Shown here piece after piece: positions 40,925 to 55,824 of a stretch of DNA of 64,000 nt. The notes under the pieces were generated by a model. It was given only the letters and a program-made list of their open reading frames with translations. It had not been told where the DNA came from and ran no database searches. The DNA lies in assembly GCF_006345805.1 (NCBI RefSeq), contig NC_042998.1:150970001-151034000 (forward strand), in the 5' to 3' direction. Each line of letters begins with the position of its first letter. Positions within the stretch are counted from its first letter, which is position 1. A program made the position numbers and the translations under genes. The stretch comes from Octopus sinensis. Its lineage: Eukaryota.

Positions 40925-42170
40925 CAATGAACTCCCATATCGCATCAAAAAAGAATTCGTGATAGAAGGGCTAAAATTCATATTATACAATAACTACTTC
41001 GCTCTCAAAGACTACTCCTATCGACAAAAATCGGGGACTACGGTGGGTACGAGAATGGCCCCCCACTCCTTTACTACCATAGTCATGGGATATCTAGAAA
41101 TTAGTCTTTATCGTAAGGTTCTAGAAAAATACGGCAGCCCATTACATAGAGAATAACTGGAAGAGACCTAGATGACTGTTTCATTCTTTTGGCATGAAAG
41201 TATAGAGAGACTTAAAGAATTCCAAGCACTTACAAATGGACTTGACATAAGCATCCAATTTACGATAGAATGTAGCCATCAACAACTTCTATTCCTCGAC
41301 ATCCTCATTAAGAAATCTAACAACGTAACTGAAACACATATATACTATAAGCCTACGGAATCCAAGCAATATCTATCGTTCAACTTATGCCACCCCAGAC
41401 ACACCAAAATGAATATCCCCTTCAACCTAGCAAAAAAGATATGTACTATAGTCTCTAATGCAAGCACCAGGGACACACGACTACATGAACTAAAGGATAC
41501 ACTCATCACCAGGAACTACCCACCTTCACTACTTGACATATGCTTTCAACGTGCCCTACAACTCAACATCCACGAACTCAGAAATCCCAAATTAAAGAAG
41601 GATTTATAACCAAAAGCCCTACCATACATCTCCACACACAGCCCTCTTAACAAGGAAGCCTTCGACACCATCCTTCAAAACATTCCCCTGCTAAGAAAGG
41701 ACCTTAATCTTCCAAACACACACCATCATAAAGATCAAAAGAAACCCAAATCTATGAAAAGTCTCCTAACACAAGCCCGAATACGCTCAACAACACAGAA
41801 GCCGTCAGTAAAAAAATGCGGAAGACCCAGCTGTGGGATATGCGCCAACTTAATTGAGGGATCAGAGTTCTCCTTCAAACAAAGACAACGTTTCACAGCG
41901 AAAAGCAGCTACACATGTGCTTTAGAGAACCTGATATACGCACTAACCTGCTTGTCTATGTCAAAGGATGTCTCTGCACAGATCCCAGATCAAAATTCCA
42001 AAAATCAGAAGAACAGCATTCAGCCAACACATCGATATTTGCGCCAATAACAAAAATCCAAGCTTCAGAATATTTCCCGTCTACCAATTCAGGGACGATA
42101 CAACCTGTAGCCAACGAATTAGTAAAGAGACTCTCTTTATTACAAAATACAGACCCCTTTTGAACACATC
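40925..42170 (+). mobile_element. Penelope-like element, RT C-terminal half and partly deleted GIY-YIG (continues 38170-39097)
   Basis: FILYNNYF...YRQKSGTTVGTRMAP, QLLFLDILI, YYKPTESKQYL...CHPRHTKMNIPFN, CGRPSCGIC and ENLIYALTC. The YIG-T motif is absent. Confidence 0.92.
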
Positions 42171-42676
42171 TACTACAAGCGACATATCTACCACGGCCTT
42201 AGAATAACACAAACACACACACAAATATTAAAAATGATGCATTCAAGAGATACCCAATAACTCATTAAAAACAGTCCCAATCACTACTATAATCCACAGC
42301 AAATCACTTTTAGGTCACTTGACCATTTAACATCCTAATACTACCATACCACCTGCATTCTTTTATTATTCTCTCTTCTCTTTCTCCTTCTTCGTCGTCT
42401 TCTTCCTCTCCGCTACTCACTTCCATACTTTACTACTATTGCTGTTTAGAATAACACCTACAAACATATCATAAACAATAGATTCAAAAGAGATGTCCCA
42501 AGAATTCAATCACTACTACCATCCACAACAAGTCACTTTCAGGGCACTTGACCATTTAACATCCTACTACTATCATGGCACTCCCGCATTCTCCTCCTCT
42601 TCATCCTCCTCCTCCTCCTCCTTCATCATCATCATCTTTTTCTTCTTCTTCTTCTTCTTCTTCTTCATCATCATCA

Positions 42677-42746
<70 letters not shown>

Positions 42747-43054
42747 TTCTTCTTCTTCTTCTTCTTCTTCTTCTTCTTCTCTGCCAAGAATTCACAACGA
42801 CCTTGAACCCACAAGAGTAAACAAGACAGAGACAGGCAGAAACAAGGAAAATGCCCCTTGTATTTGAATACTATGCAAATATTCTTTTAAAAACTTTTCT
42901 TTTAAGTTTTCCAAAATTTAATTGTTTTCCATACTTACAGTTGAAAAAGACTCAATGACTGAAATCGGTACTGAAATATTTTTTATAAAATTGTTTTAGC
43001 ATTTTCTACCTTAACTTTTTCCATACATACATACATGCATGCCTACACACATTG

Positions 43055-43112
<58 letters not shown>

Positions 43113-44148
43113 GTGTATATATATATATATGTATATACATATATATATATATATATATAATATATATATATACACATACATACATACATACATACATACA
43201 TACATACATACATACATACATACATACATACATACATACGAGCACGTATGCATGCAAGCATACATACGTACATGCATGTATATTTATATATACTCAAAAG
43301 TATATACGCGTGTGTATGTATATCAGCCGGTGGCAATGAATAGCTGGTGCAACGTTTTGCATGTGTGTATGTCTACGTGTTTGTGTATGCGTGTCTATGT
43401 GTATGCACGTATGAATATCTAGGTGTTTGTGTGTGTTGCGTGATGCCAGTGTGAGCGTATGTAGGCGTTTATTACTAATGAGCCACAGCTTACATCGAAC
43501 CCTTCCTTCTTCTGTTGTCTGCGAAATTACCTCCACACCACTGCACCACTAACATTCTCTGATATCAACCACGCCCCCTGCCACAGCCTATACTATAACA
43601 CTGTTCTCCTGAAGCTCACTCATCATACCCATACTATACCATACCAACACTTTTTATTCTACAACAATGCTACTACCAATACCACCACCACCAAACAACA
43701 GCCATCACCACCATTACTACCACTACCACCACTGCCATCGCCACCGCCGCCGCTACCGCCGCCGTCGCTTCCGACGCCGCCGTCGTTTCGACCGCTGCCG
43801 CCACCGCCACCGTCGCCTCCACCTCTATCACTGCCAAGGAACGACGTGAAAACAGCCACCACCAACAACAACAACAACAACAATAACACCAACACGACGA
43901 CCGCCATCACCACGAAAACAGCCATCACCATCACTACCCCCACCATACCACCACAAAACTTTAAAACAGGCACCACCACCACAACACAATTACCACCACT
44001 AGAGGCGGTATTGGTGAACAGTACCTACATAATCACTACGAACGCTTTCATCACCACCAGTAATTAAATTGGTCTTGTTTTGTCAACTGGAGAATGATGG
44101 ACCCTACCTTTGTAAGGTTTGAACTCGGAACATAAAATGTCGAGAGCA

Positions 44149-44196
<48 letters not shown>

Positions 44197-44313
44197 ATAC
44201 ACACACACATACATACACACACACACATATATGCACTTATATATTATACATATATATATATATATTATACATATATATTATACATATATATATATATTAT
44301 ACATATATATTAT

Positions 44314-44353
<40 letters not shown>

Positions 44354-45152
44354 AGAAATAAGGTACTAAGAAATCAGATTTTTATTAATATGTCACGTTT
44401 TTATAAATCATATATTAGCGCTTGCATCTACTCTAGTAGACTCTTCAGAGTCTACTAGAGTATATACACATGCACAAACTCTGCAAGAGTATATACAAAT
44501 GCACAAACATACATCGCACATACATATATGTATGTATACATCGGAACATAAATTAAACAACTTTATACATCTCTTACCACCAGTCCACCGTGTCTGCAGC
44601 CAGTCGCACTCCTTGTAATATAAACGCATGGCCATACAGTTAGTGTGGAGAGCGACGGGGGAGTTGAGGTATAGTGGATTATATTGGTATCAATATATAA
44701 CTGGTACATACTTTTATTAATGCCAGAAGTTAAGGTGAAAGTCAACCAGTGCGAGATTTGAACTCGGAAAGTAAAGAGCAACACTGATTCCATAACTATT
44801 TTGCTACTGGAAAACTTCGCTGATCTTTTCTGTTTGGTCGCACTTTTTCAAATTTTAAGATTAAGTGAAAACCTTAAAATTTGGTAAATTGATATAATTT
44901 TTCACGCTGAATCTCAGGATCTAATTCACTTGGTTCAGAAATGTTTTTATAAAAAGTTACAAAGGTTAAAAATTTGATACTTTTTACCCATTCAGAAAAC
45001 AAGATTTGGAAGCTGTTCTTTTGTGTGTGTTGTCAACATTGCGTGTTTTAAAACCAAACTGTAAACAAATGAAATATTGACGGAATTCTGCTTTATGTCC
45101 GTCCCCCATAAACCTTTTTCTACACACAGGAATTCATAAGATTTTAAATATT

Positions 45153-45183
<31 letters not shown>

Positions 45184-46827
45184 TATATAATTGGTACGTG
45201 ATTTAAAGCCTATTTACCTGTTATTTTAGCACATCTCACAACTACCTCATACTTCATGTGTTTTAAGCATTTAATTAGCAAAAAATGACTATGCGGTGAA
45301 CAAGACAGCAACAGACGAATAAGCAGCTTTATAACAGCTCGGCTTGTTACTATGGAAACAGGCACCTATATGTCAGTAGCCTTCGATAGGCTAAAATTAC
45401 CAAAAATTTCCAAACTTTAAAAACCTATTAACTCTTTATTTATTGATTTACGGCCAAAATGAGCTTCGTGTCAATAATTACCATGCAAAGCTATATGAAA
45501 TCAGTTGGAACAAAACTTGAAGAAATTGAAAAGTGGCAACCAAACTGAAAAGATCCAATTCGATATGAAAAGTGAAGCCGTAGTAGAACTGCTGCTGCTG
45601 CTACTACCATTACTACTACTTCTGCCGCTGCAGCTGCTGCTGCTGCTGCTGCAATGCTAATATCCTTATCGTTGTCAACATCGTCATCATGGTCATGACT
45701 ATCATCATAGTCATCGTAGTCGTCTTCGTCATCATCATCATCATCGTTAACAACATTAGAGGTGACTGGGGTATCAACCTCAGTGACATACAGATAGACA
45801 AACATGCAGACAGACATACAGATAGATGTTGACACGTGATTATATGAAAGTTGATCGAGGGGAAGATATCTGGCTTGAAGTGTTATCTTGGTGAAAAAGA
45901 AATAGAGAAAAATTACTATCGCTGAAGTTCAACTGGCGACTGGATTGATATGTATACTCTGATTGGCCCGGTATACATCCATCCATCCATCCATCTATTC
46001 ATACATACATACATACATATATGTATGTGTATGTATGTTTTTGCATGTGTGTGTATATATATATATATATACATGCACACTCGTATATGTAGATATGTGT
46101 GTATGCATGTATACTATATAAGTGAGTATATATGTGTGTGTGTGTGTGTGTGTGTGCGTGCTTTCGACATTAAGGATTGTCAGACACTGCTCTTTCCCAC
46201 ACATACATTCATATGCTCCCACTTATATAAACAGCGGTATACATATACACAGATGCACAAACATGTAAGCACACATATACGTACACACTGATACGAACAC
46301 AATACAGATATACAGACATTTACATGCACGCAGATACATAGATATGTCCACATAAATACATAAGCTCGCCTTTCCACGCATATAGACGCACTCACACCAG
46401 AGTATCCTGAAAACATTCTAGAATAATCAGAAGAAATACTTTAAATATGATGCACAGATTAGATTTATAATGCTACGTTCTTTCACTTGCATACACCGAG
46501 TTTCTTTTAGCTTGGCAAGCTTTCCGCAGCATCAGTGAATGCTTCAATTTACTGTTTGCTATATATCAGAGGGGCAGATGTTGTCTAAGCATGTGGCGAC
46601 ATGTCATTGACAAGCCGAAGTATGAGTGAAATACGTCTACGTTCCTATGAGTCACTGCAGGACAATGTTTGTCTCACCCCGATATATATTGTGCTTTTAA
46701 AACAATATGACAACGGACAGATTTTCTCACAGGCAAAATCACAGCTTGAGCTAAGGCCGGACGAGGTCACTAATATCAGAATTGAATGGCTTTATCTAAG
46801 GTCAATAGGAAATCTATGAGAAAAACA

Positions 46828-47303
46828 GCACCATGACGCAATTCACTCTGCTAGAAATTTGGAAACGACATACTGTACTGCTTGGCATTCGCGCCGGAGG
46901 CTCCAATACGAACATTTCAGAGTGCTTGAGTATCAATCTTAGGGCAGTGCAATCTCAGGACATGTACCGAGAATGAGAAAAAGCAAACATCCAGTCAACA
47001 TCATGGTGTTTGGAATGATCACTAGTGATGGCGATGTTATGCCTCCATTTATCTTTTCACACGGCCTCTGACTCAACATAGAGGCCTACATCAATTGCCT
47101 AGAGGAGGTAGTGCTGCGCCAGGTGAAGAAGGTGGCTGCTTGAAGACCCCATGTCTGGCAATAGGAGTCTGCACCATGCCAGTCATGGCTGTCAGACAAT
47201 TTCTGCGACCACATTACCCCTAACATCTCACCAACTAAATCCCCAGACTATAACCCCCTTGATTATTATGAGTGAGGCCCAGTTGTGCAAGAGACCAACA
47301 AAA
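46828..47303 (+). mobile_element. Second copy of the deleted DD37D mariner (family of 31972)
   Basis: accatgacgcaattcactctg...gatcactagtgatggcgatgttatgcctcc aligns with 32093-32585 and shares the same internal deletion junction. It is cut off by the Helitron-like element. Confidence 0.88.
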
Positions 47304-48740
47304 CTAGTGATAACAATACTCAAAATATATAACAGACTGGAATTGTAGGCTCGTCTCTTGCAATTTCGATCAATTGTATCTTGTCCTCCCTCTTGTATAG
47401 AAGTGTGGCTACAATCCAGCCTACCTCTACTTCTGGGGGGACATTTTAAATTTTTATCCGGGACGTCCTATGTCTCAGATATAAAGGTAAAAATAAAATA
47501 TTTCCACTTTGCAAGGTTCGAGACGAGTATTTCCTTGCACGCTCCATTGACTCGAACCTTGCTTCTATTGTGGCGAATTTACCGCCTCTGGCTAGATATC
47601 TTTCATAGCCGTACCAAGACACTTTTCGATGGTGCTTTCCTCCAGGTGTTCAAATCTTTTATTTTCTCTACATTGTATACTTTATAGACAATAGTCTTTT
47701 CTTTAAATTAATTTTTTATTACGTTTGGCGGTGTTATCCTAGATTCACCGTCTTTGTCGGTGATCAATCCGAAATAGGTTTGTATTTCTTCCATTTTAAT
47801 TTTAATTTGTTCGCGCCCGCCAACGGCTGCCGCGAAATTCCTTTTCGGACTTTCTTCTATCGAAGGCATTCTAACAAAAATGCCTCCGTATAAACGGTGA
47901 AAATATTGTCAATTTCCCCAAACAGAACACAATTCAATTTTTAAACAATAACCAAAGGTCCTTCTCCCAAAGGGGGAGGGTTACAGTTTACAATTATTTA
48001 ACAAATGCAACACAATAACGTTTCCCTTACGAGTAACCAACAAACGTGATAACAATAGTTAAACAGTAATAATAATAACAACAAACCTTACGGTGAATCA
48101 AAAAGCAGTACGCAGTTGAAGCTATAGTCCTTTATGTATAAGAAATAAACCAACAGCAGTACTCAGTCGAAGCGGCTGTTCGAGAAAACAGACATTTCAT
48201 ATAGCCAAACTTCATATAGATACTTAATGCTAGCTAATTAGCAGATAATCTAATGTAAAAGCCGTGGTGAACGGTATCTACACAACTCCATCTAGACCAT
48301 TCCATTTCTGCACGCTAATTTTATTTTTAATTTATTCCCATTCACGTGAAACCACTTATTCAAGTTCAAGTCATTGATGCAATTTTATACCAATTGCTAT
48401 TTTTACTTTTGTTATGTTACGATTATATTATACTTTAGTTTGATTTTAATCATTACTTACTACATATAATTCAATTGTTATTATTATCTCTAATTTCTAT
48501 TGTTAAAGAGAAAGTATCTGACATAAAATAGAAAAATGTTTTTGTTTCACTTTTAAAACGTAATACTGAAATAGTGGAGAAGATATGATATTGCTATGGG
48601 CTCGCTCTAGGCAAGAAGTTGAACATTTTTTGCCCATGAAACTACATGGACGCTAAGTAAGGCATGTGTAAAATTTGAATGAAATTGGTTGTGTAGTTCT
48701 CAAGTTTTAGGGAAACACAGACCGACAGAATAACAGTCAT
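47304..48740 (-). mobile_element. Non-autonomous Helitron-like element, longer relative of 13007-13991
   Basis: Same CTAG boundary (followed by T on the minus strand) and shared blocks, with about 400 and 240 bp of extra internal sequence. Confidence 0.65.
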
Positions 48741-49130
48741 ATATACAACTTGAACGGACATACATATCAGTACATAAACATACGTTTACATATACATACA
48801 TACACGCACACATACACATGCATACACACATACGTAAATACTCATACATACATACATACATACATACATACATACATACATACATACATACATACATACA
48901 TACATACAAGCATACGTATGAACACATATGCATACGTACATGCACACATACACACACACATACACACACATACACACAAACAAACATACATACATGCATA
49001 CATACATACATACATACATACATACATACATACATACATAAGCACATATACCATGAACTTCGTAACCTCGGTGAGAAATAGTTTTTCCCTATGTTTTTTT
49101 TTCGAGTGCATTGAACGTTATCTCACCTCC

Positions 49131-49249
49131 AAAGATTTGGCTACTATTTCTGGCACGCCCTGCTACCACGAAACAGCTATTGTCGATAAAGGATTCGACA
49201 TACCTGTTACGTGGTAGCAGGGCGGGCAAGAAATAGCAGCCAAATCTTT
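49131..49249. repeat. 119-nt imperfect hairpin
   Basis: 40-bp outer stem with 3 mismatches, extended by aacag/ctgtt and tgtcga/tcgaca up to an 8-nt loop. Confidence 0.9.
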
Positions 49250-49447
49250 CCTTTTCTGGGGGAATGGAGATGTATACGCGCGATTTCGATGTTAAATTCG
49301 TTGAAAGCATGCGAAATAACCTGGAAAAGAAAAAAAACACGAAACGAAATTCCGTTGCTGGGAAACTGATTTTCCCGGAGACCCAATGTAGTCTAGTATA
49401 TATATATATATATATATATTTACATCCACAAACACACATATACAGAA

Positions 49448-49478
<31 letters not shown>

Positions 49479-49667
49479 TAGTCTGTGTGTGTGTGTATGT
49501 GTGTGCGCGTGCAAGTCGGGAAATATGCCCAGTTATATTTCTGAACATTGCGATTTCCACTCCTACCGCGCTGATCAAGCGGTGTTGGAGGCATAAACAC
49601 ATACACACACATAATGCATACATACTACAGACACACACACGTGTTAGTGTGTGTGTCGGTGGTGCCC

Positions 49668-49870
49668 CAGCATGATCGCAGCTTTAGAACTGAAACAAGT
49701 TAAAAGATATATATGTATCCCTCAGTTTCCGTCCACCAAATCCACTCACAAAGTTTTTGTCGTCCCGGAACTATAGCAGAAGACATTTGCTCAAGGTGCC
49801 ATGCAGTAAGACTGAACCCGGAACCATGTGGCTGGGAAGCAAGCTTCTTACCACACAGCCACTCCTGCGC
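49668..49870 (-). mobile_element. tRNA-derived SINE (head plus tail)
   Basis: The minus strand reads ggcgcaggagtggctgtgtggtaagaagcttgcttccc...catggttccgggttcagtc. Confidence 0.85.
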
Positions 49871-50029
49871 CTATGTATTTGTTTTACTTTTTGTAGCGTA
49901 CCATATATTTCAACATGTTATTATAGTTCTCGCCTAAACTTAATCTAACTCGTTGGTAGTTTTATCATTTTTGGATTATTTCTCGGTAAAGCGTCGAGCA
50001 AAATAACCTAGTGGTATTTATATATATAT

Positions 50030-50248
50030 TTCTTTACTACCCACAAGGGGCCAAACACAGAGAGGACAAACAAATGGATTAAGTCGATTATATCGACCCC
50101 AGTGCGTAACTGGTACTTATTTAATCGACCCCGAAAGGATGAAAGGTAAAGTCGACCTCGGCGGAATTTGAACTCACAACGTAGCGGCAGACGAAATACG
50201 GCTACGCATTTCGCCCGCGTGCTAACGTCTCTGCCAGCTCGCCGCCCT
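50030..50248 (-). mobile_element. tRNA-derived SINE, second family, well preserved
   Basis: The minus strand reads ggcggcgagctggcagagacgttagc...gagttcaaattcc (B-box)...gaggtcgacttt. Relatives lie at 1378, 24131 and 50570. Confidence 0.85.
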
Positions 50249-50410
50249 AATGGTATTTATATATATCCATGTTCGCTCTGAGTTCAAATCATAAACAAGC
50301 CTACTTTACTTTTCATCTTTCAAGTGTCGATAAAATAAAATACCAATCAGGTACTGAGGTCAGTGGGATCAAAAAACCCCTCGCCTCAAAAATTCTGGCC
50401 CTGCGCTTAT

Positions 50411-50538
<128 letters not shown>

Positions 50539-50569
50539 CTCAGTCGAAGTCAGTTACTCGATGGATCAG

Positions 50570-50745
50570 TGTCCTCCAGTCAGTTAGGAGCAATTATTGT
50601 GGTATTATTATTGGTTTCAAATCTTGTAGTAGGGGATAAGTTAATAACATCAACCCCAGTGCATAAGTGGTAGTTATTTTATCTACCCCGGAAGAATGAA
50701 AGGCAAAGTCACCTCGGTGAGATTTGAACTCAGAACTTAAAGTCG
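50570..50745 (-). mobile_element. SINE remnant, second family
   Basis: caaccccagtgcataagtgg...gaatgaaaggcaaagtcacctcgg...tttgaactca parallels 50095-50176. Confidence 0.7.
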
Positions 50746-52571
50746 GCAGAAATGCCGTGGCATTTCGTCCGTCTTTACGTTCCGAGTTCGAATCACGCTG
50801 AGTTCGACTTTTGTCCGGCATTTTACGTGCTGAGTTCAAATAAAGCTGCAAATAACTTCACTAGTTATCCTTCCTGGATCAATGAAATATAGCAAACAGC
50901 TAAGAACTGATATAACCGTTTGTTTCTTTCCACCCGGAACTGTAAGGCCTTGTATCTCCGAAAGGAAACTCAGCGATTATTCTTATGAGTAATATATGGA
51001 AGGAGACGCAGTGGTCTATGCACTCAATACGTGTGTAAAAGGGGAATACTGTGTGTGGATGATAGAGAACAACCACGTGATGCTCTCAGATGCCAATGAG
51101 CTCATTTTACCATAATTCGAGAAATATGTGGAGTTGGAGACAGAAATGATAGCAATAAATAAATAAATTTATGAATATTTTTGTATTTGTGTTGTGTCTA
51201 GATGAAGAAAATATTAACACATTTATAATAACTTACATCCTATAAGATAATTTTGAATGTGTGTGTGTGTGCGTGTGTGTGGTTAGACAGATAGAGGGGT
51301 GTCGGTTTAATGTTTGTCAGTGTGTACTGCAAAAAACATTTTTATAGAAATTTGCATATTTTGCATATACGCTACAGTATATGGAAGTGTACACCTCCCC
51401 CCTCGCACACATACATACGTATGTATGTACGTATGTGTGTGTGTCTGTGTGCATGTATGTATGTATGTATGTATGTATGTATGTATGTATGTATGTATGT
51501 ATGTATGTATGTATGTATGTATGTATGTATAAGTTTTGAACCAGGAAGGTGTCGATTCAGAATTGATAATTTCTCGCCAGTCATAAATCTTGTCACTAAA
51601 AAAAATCTATTTATATTTCGATATCAATACTTGATCACTCACTTCCCTCACCTTATTCCCCAGCCATGATCTCTCTCTCTCTCTCTCTCTCTCTCAGACA
51701 CAATATTACCATAACTCGATCAAACTCCATCTTGCCAGACCTACCTACCACTTTACCCCCTCATACACCCATACCTAAACTATCAATCTATTCACCTCTT
51801 GTCTTATCCTTATCCCCGTCCTTCTCTCATCCTCCTCCTCCCCTCTTTATCCTTTCCTCCCATTCCTCCACTTCTCCACCTCTTTCTTTTTTCCTCCTCC
51901 TTTTTTTGTCCTCTTCCTTCTTCTCTTCCACGCTGCCCCTACTCCTCTTCTTAGTTGTCTTCCTTCTCTTCCTCCTTCTATCCTTTCTTCTCTGTCTAAT
52001 TTTCTCAATTAGCGATTCATTTCATCTCCCAATACTGAAAATATTACCGCCTTTATTGCCTCCACCACCACCACCACCACCACAACCACCCCTCCACAAT
52101 CATCTCCATCACGTATCAGTATCAGCCATCATTACCTGTACCACCACCACGGTCGTCGTCGTGGTCATCGTCATCGTATTCGTCGTGGTCATCGTCATCA
52201 TCCTCATCACTATTACTGTAACCCCTACTACTAGGCACCACAAATATTGCATCACTACTATCGTTACTAGTATTACAACAACCACAACTATAAAAAAAAA
52301 TCACTATCTCCAACGCCACCACGAAAACCACCACCATCATCGAGTTTGCTTTTTCACAGTACCACCACTAACAGCAACAGCAACAAAAATAATCACCACC
52401 GTCATCCCCTGCATCAACGCTGCCACCACCACCACCACCTACACCACCATTACCTTCGCTCCCGGTTCCGATGATAATTAGTTTATCACTTCTACCGGAC
52501 CGATAACTTGTGCTCGTCACTGCTACACTAAAATGCCAAAATACCTCACCATTGCTGGTACCATTAACACC

Positions 52572-52665
52572 GTCGCCGCCGCCACCACCACCGCCGCCGC
52601 CGCCGCCGCCGCCGCCGCGCCGCCGCCGCGCCGCCGCCACCGGCCGCCGCCGCCGCCGCTGCCAC
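52572..52665. repeat. GC-rich (GCC)n tract within ACC/ACT triplet arrays
   Basis: Directly visible. Confidence 0.9.
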
Positions 52666-53117
52666 CTCTATCGACACTACTACCTCCAACATCACTCCGC
52701 TACACACCTCTCCCTACAGTGTCATATTCCATTCCCACCAACGAATTCACCCCTACTTGGTCGCTCGACCTACTAAAGATAATAGCCAAATCCTTCTCAG
52801 AAGAGCAGCAACCGCTTTTAATAAAGGACACACTGGTTATTATACTCCAAAGTACACAGTCCCCCCCCTAATATAAAATGGTAACGGCTGGAGAGTTTTT
52901 AGAGACGTCTGCTTGATCCATACTGACCTGGGTTTACACGACACACCCACAACACTAGCCCCTACCGTCACACCCTACTGCTAACTTCTCCACCCCGTCA
53001 CCATGCTCCCACCACACCCCTATCACTCCCCTATCTTTGTTTTCCCCACGTACACACATACACGTACATACACTCATGCGCACACCCACATATATATTCA
53101 CATGCGCACGCACACAC

Positions 53118-53190
<73 letters not shown>

Positions 53191-53235
53191 AACAGATTCA
53201 TAAACACATAGTCACGCACGAACGCACGCTGACAT

Positions 53236-53315
<80 letters not shown>

Positions 53316-53655
53316 ACGAACGTACACACACACACACACATACACACACATCTGCACATTCACAGACACATACAATCACACACTCAAACACACCAATACA
53401 CACGCACTCTCTTTCTCTTCTTTTCCCTCCCTCCAACTTCTTCACTCTGCCACAACATACTCCTCTTCCACCTCCCAAACACCACCGTTATTATCACCAA
53501 TGCGCCAGTCACCATACCACCACGGCCGACACGCCACCGCACTCTACAAACCCCACATACAACACTCCTCACATCAACGAAAACTCTATAAACAATATCA
53601 CCAACGCCACCACCACCAACAACAAAACAACAACACCACTACTACTACTACCGTC

Positions 53656-53702
<47 letters not shown>

Positions 53703-53715
53703 CATCACCACCACC

Positions 53716-53771
<56 letters not shown>

Positions 53772-54466
53772 AACCACCATCACCACTACTACTATTACAA
53801 CAACCACCATCACTACGACTACTACTACTACTACTACTATCTACCAATTATATATCTTTATCTGATGGTGGAAGTCGGGGAGGGACTGTTTCCACCCACC
53901 CATACCACCGCCAACACACTAAGACGTTCTTGAATCTTCTCCATCTCTCACCGCCATCTCCTCTCACGTTGCCTGTCTGCCTGCCTGTCTCTCTGTGTGC
54001 CTGACTGTCTGCCTTAGTGCTGTCTCACTGTCACCTAACCCTAACCCCTCCATCCCGCTCAATCCGTTGCTGCCGCCATCTTTGTCCCCTCTAACCACAT
54101 TCTCGATATAAAACAAAGAAAATAATAAATTAAAGAAAATAAATAAATAAAAAATAATAAAATTAACCAAGAGAAGAGCAAAAAGAATGGAACGAAATAA
54201 GATCACACACAGACACATGCACGCACATATGCGCACTTAAAACACACACACACACCTATATATATATATATATATAGGTGTGTGCGTGTGTGTGTAAATT
54301 CGCATAAGTACACACATACAACCTCACAAGCAAGAACAAAACAAGATCACCAAAAAATAAAACAAATAGAATAAAACAAAAACAACATATTACGAAATAA
54401 AACCTGCCAAAAATTTCACTGAGGAAAAAAATAATAATGAAAACAATAAAAAGCAATATATTTATA

Positions 54467-54507
<41 letters not shown>

Positions 54508-55388
54508 ATATTTATACATACATACATACATATGTATAACACATAAAAAACATACGAACAACAGAATATATATATATATATATATATATACACATTTATA
54601 TATATTTACATATTCATGTGTGTATACACATGTTAAAAGATGTGTGGCTATATGTGTGTGTGTTTGTGTGCGCGCGCGAGTGTATATAAGGGAAAAATAA
54701 TATACAATAAGACAAACCAAATAGATAAATTATAAAATACAGAAAAAATTTATCAAAACAAACACCGACATGTATGTGTGCATATATATGTATGTACGTA
54801 TGTTGGTATGTATATATATATGTGTGTGTGTGTGTTTGTGTATGTGTATGTGAGTGTGTGTGTGTGTGTTTGTGTGTGTATGCATAGGAATACATAAATA
54901 TGCATAACAAAATATAGATGAGATAAAAATGACAAAATTCAAGCGAAAAACCATGAGCCAAAATGTTGAAAACTGCAACCACCCGCGTACGTGAGAATCG
55001 ATAAGGGTGCTTGTTGTGAGATAAGTGAATTCGAGGTGGAAGTAGGAAACACACATATACACATACATCACACCTACCCAGGTACACACATAAACACACA
55101 GCACACACACATGCCGCCACGTTCAAAAACACACACACGCACGTACAAATGTCACACTCACACATATTCTTTCTGCTCCTCCTCCCTACTCTTTCTCTTT
55201 CCGATAAAATCAATAGTTTTTAACGGTTTCTTTGTTATCTGACTCTACACACATAGACACACACACACCAGCGCATGCACACGCATGCTCTCTCACACAC
55301 ACGCATACATACCCAAATATATATACACTTGCCCATGCTTAGACACATATATAGAAGTACATTCATATATATTATATATGTATATATA

Positions 55389-55430
<42 letters not shown>

Positions 55431-55778
55431 ATATATATATACATGCATACATACGTACATACATACATATATATATATATATTATATATATATATATATA
55501 TATACAGTATACATATGCATACATGGATACATACAATTGTGTGTGTATATATGTATGTATGCATGCATGTATGTGTGTATATATATGTGGGTGTGTATGT
55601 ATGTGTATGTATATATGTGTATATGTATATATACTCGCATTATTGCTTTTTCTGTTTATTCTTCTTTGTTTGGGTTCACTAATATATACAGAGAAGGAGA
55701 GAGAGAGAGAGAGGGATGAGAGGGAAGAGACCTATATATATATATATACATATATATATGTATGTATGTATGTATGTA

Positions 55779-55824
<46 letters not shown>

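Noticed and set aside
45346-45359. RFX X-box match GTTACTATGGAAAC
   Set aside because: A rough uniform-base estimate gives about 0.4 chance matches per 64 kb on both strands, and no promoter or gene is known nearby.
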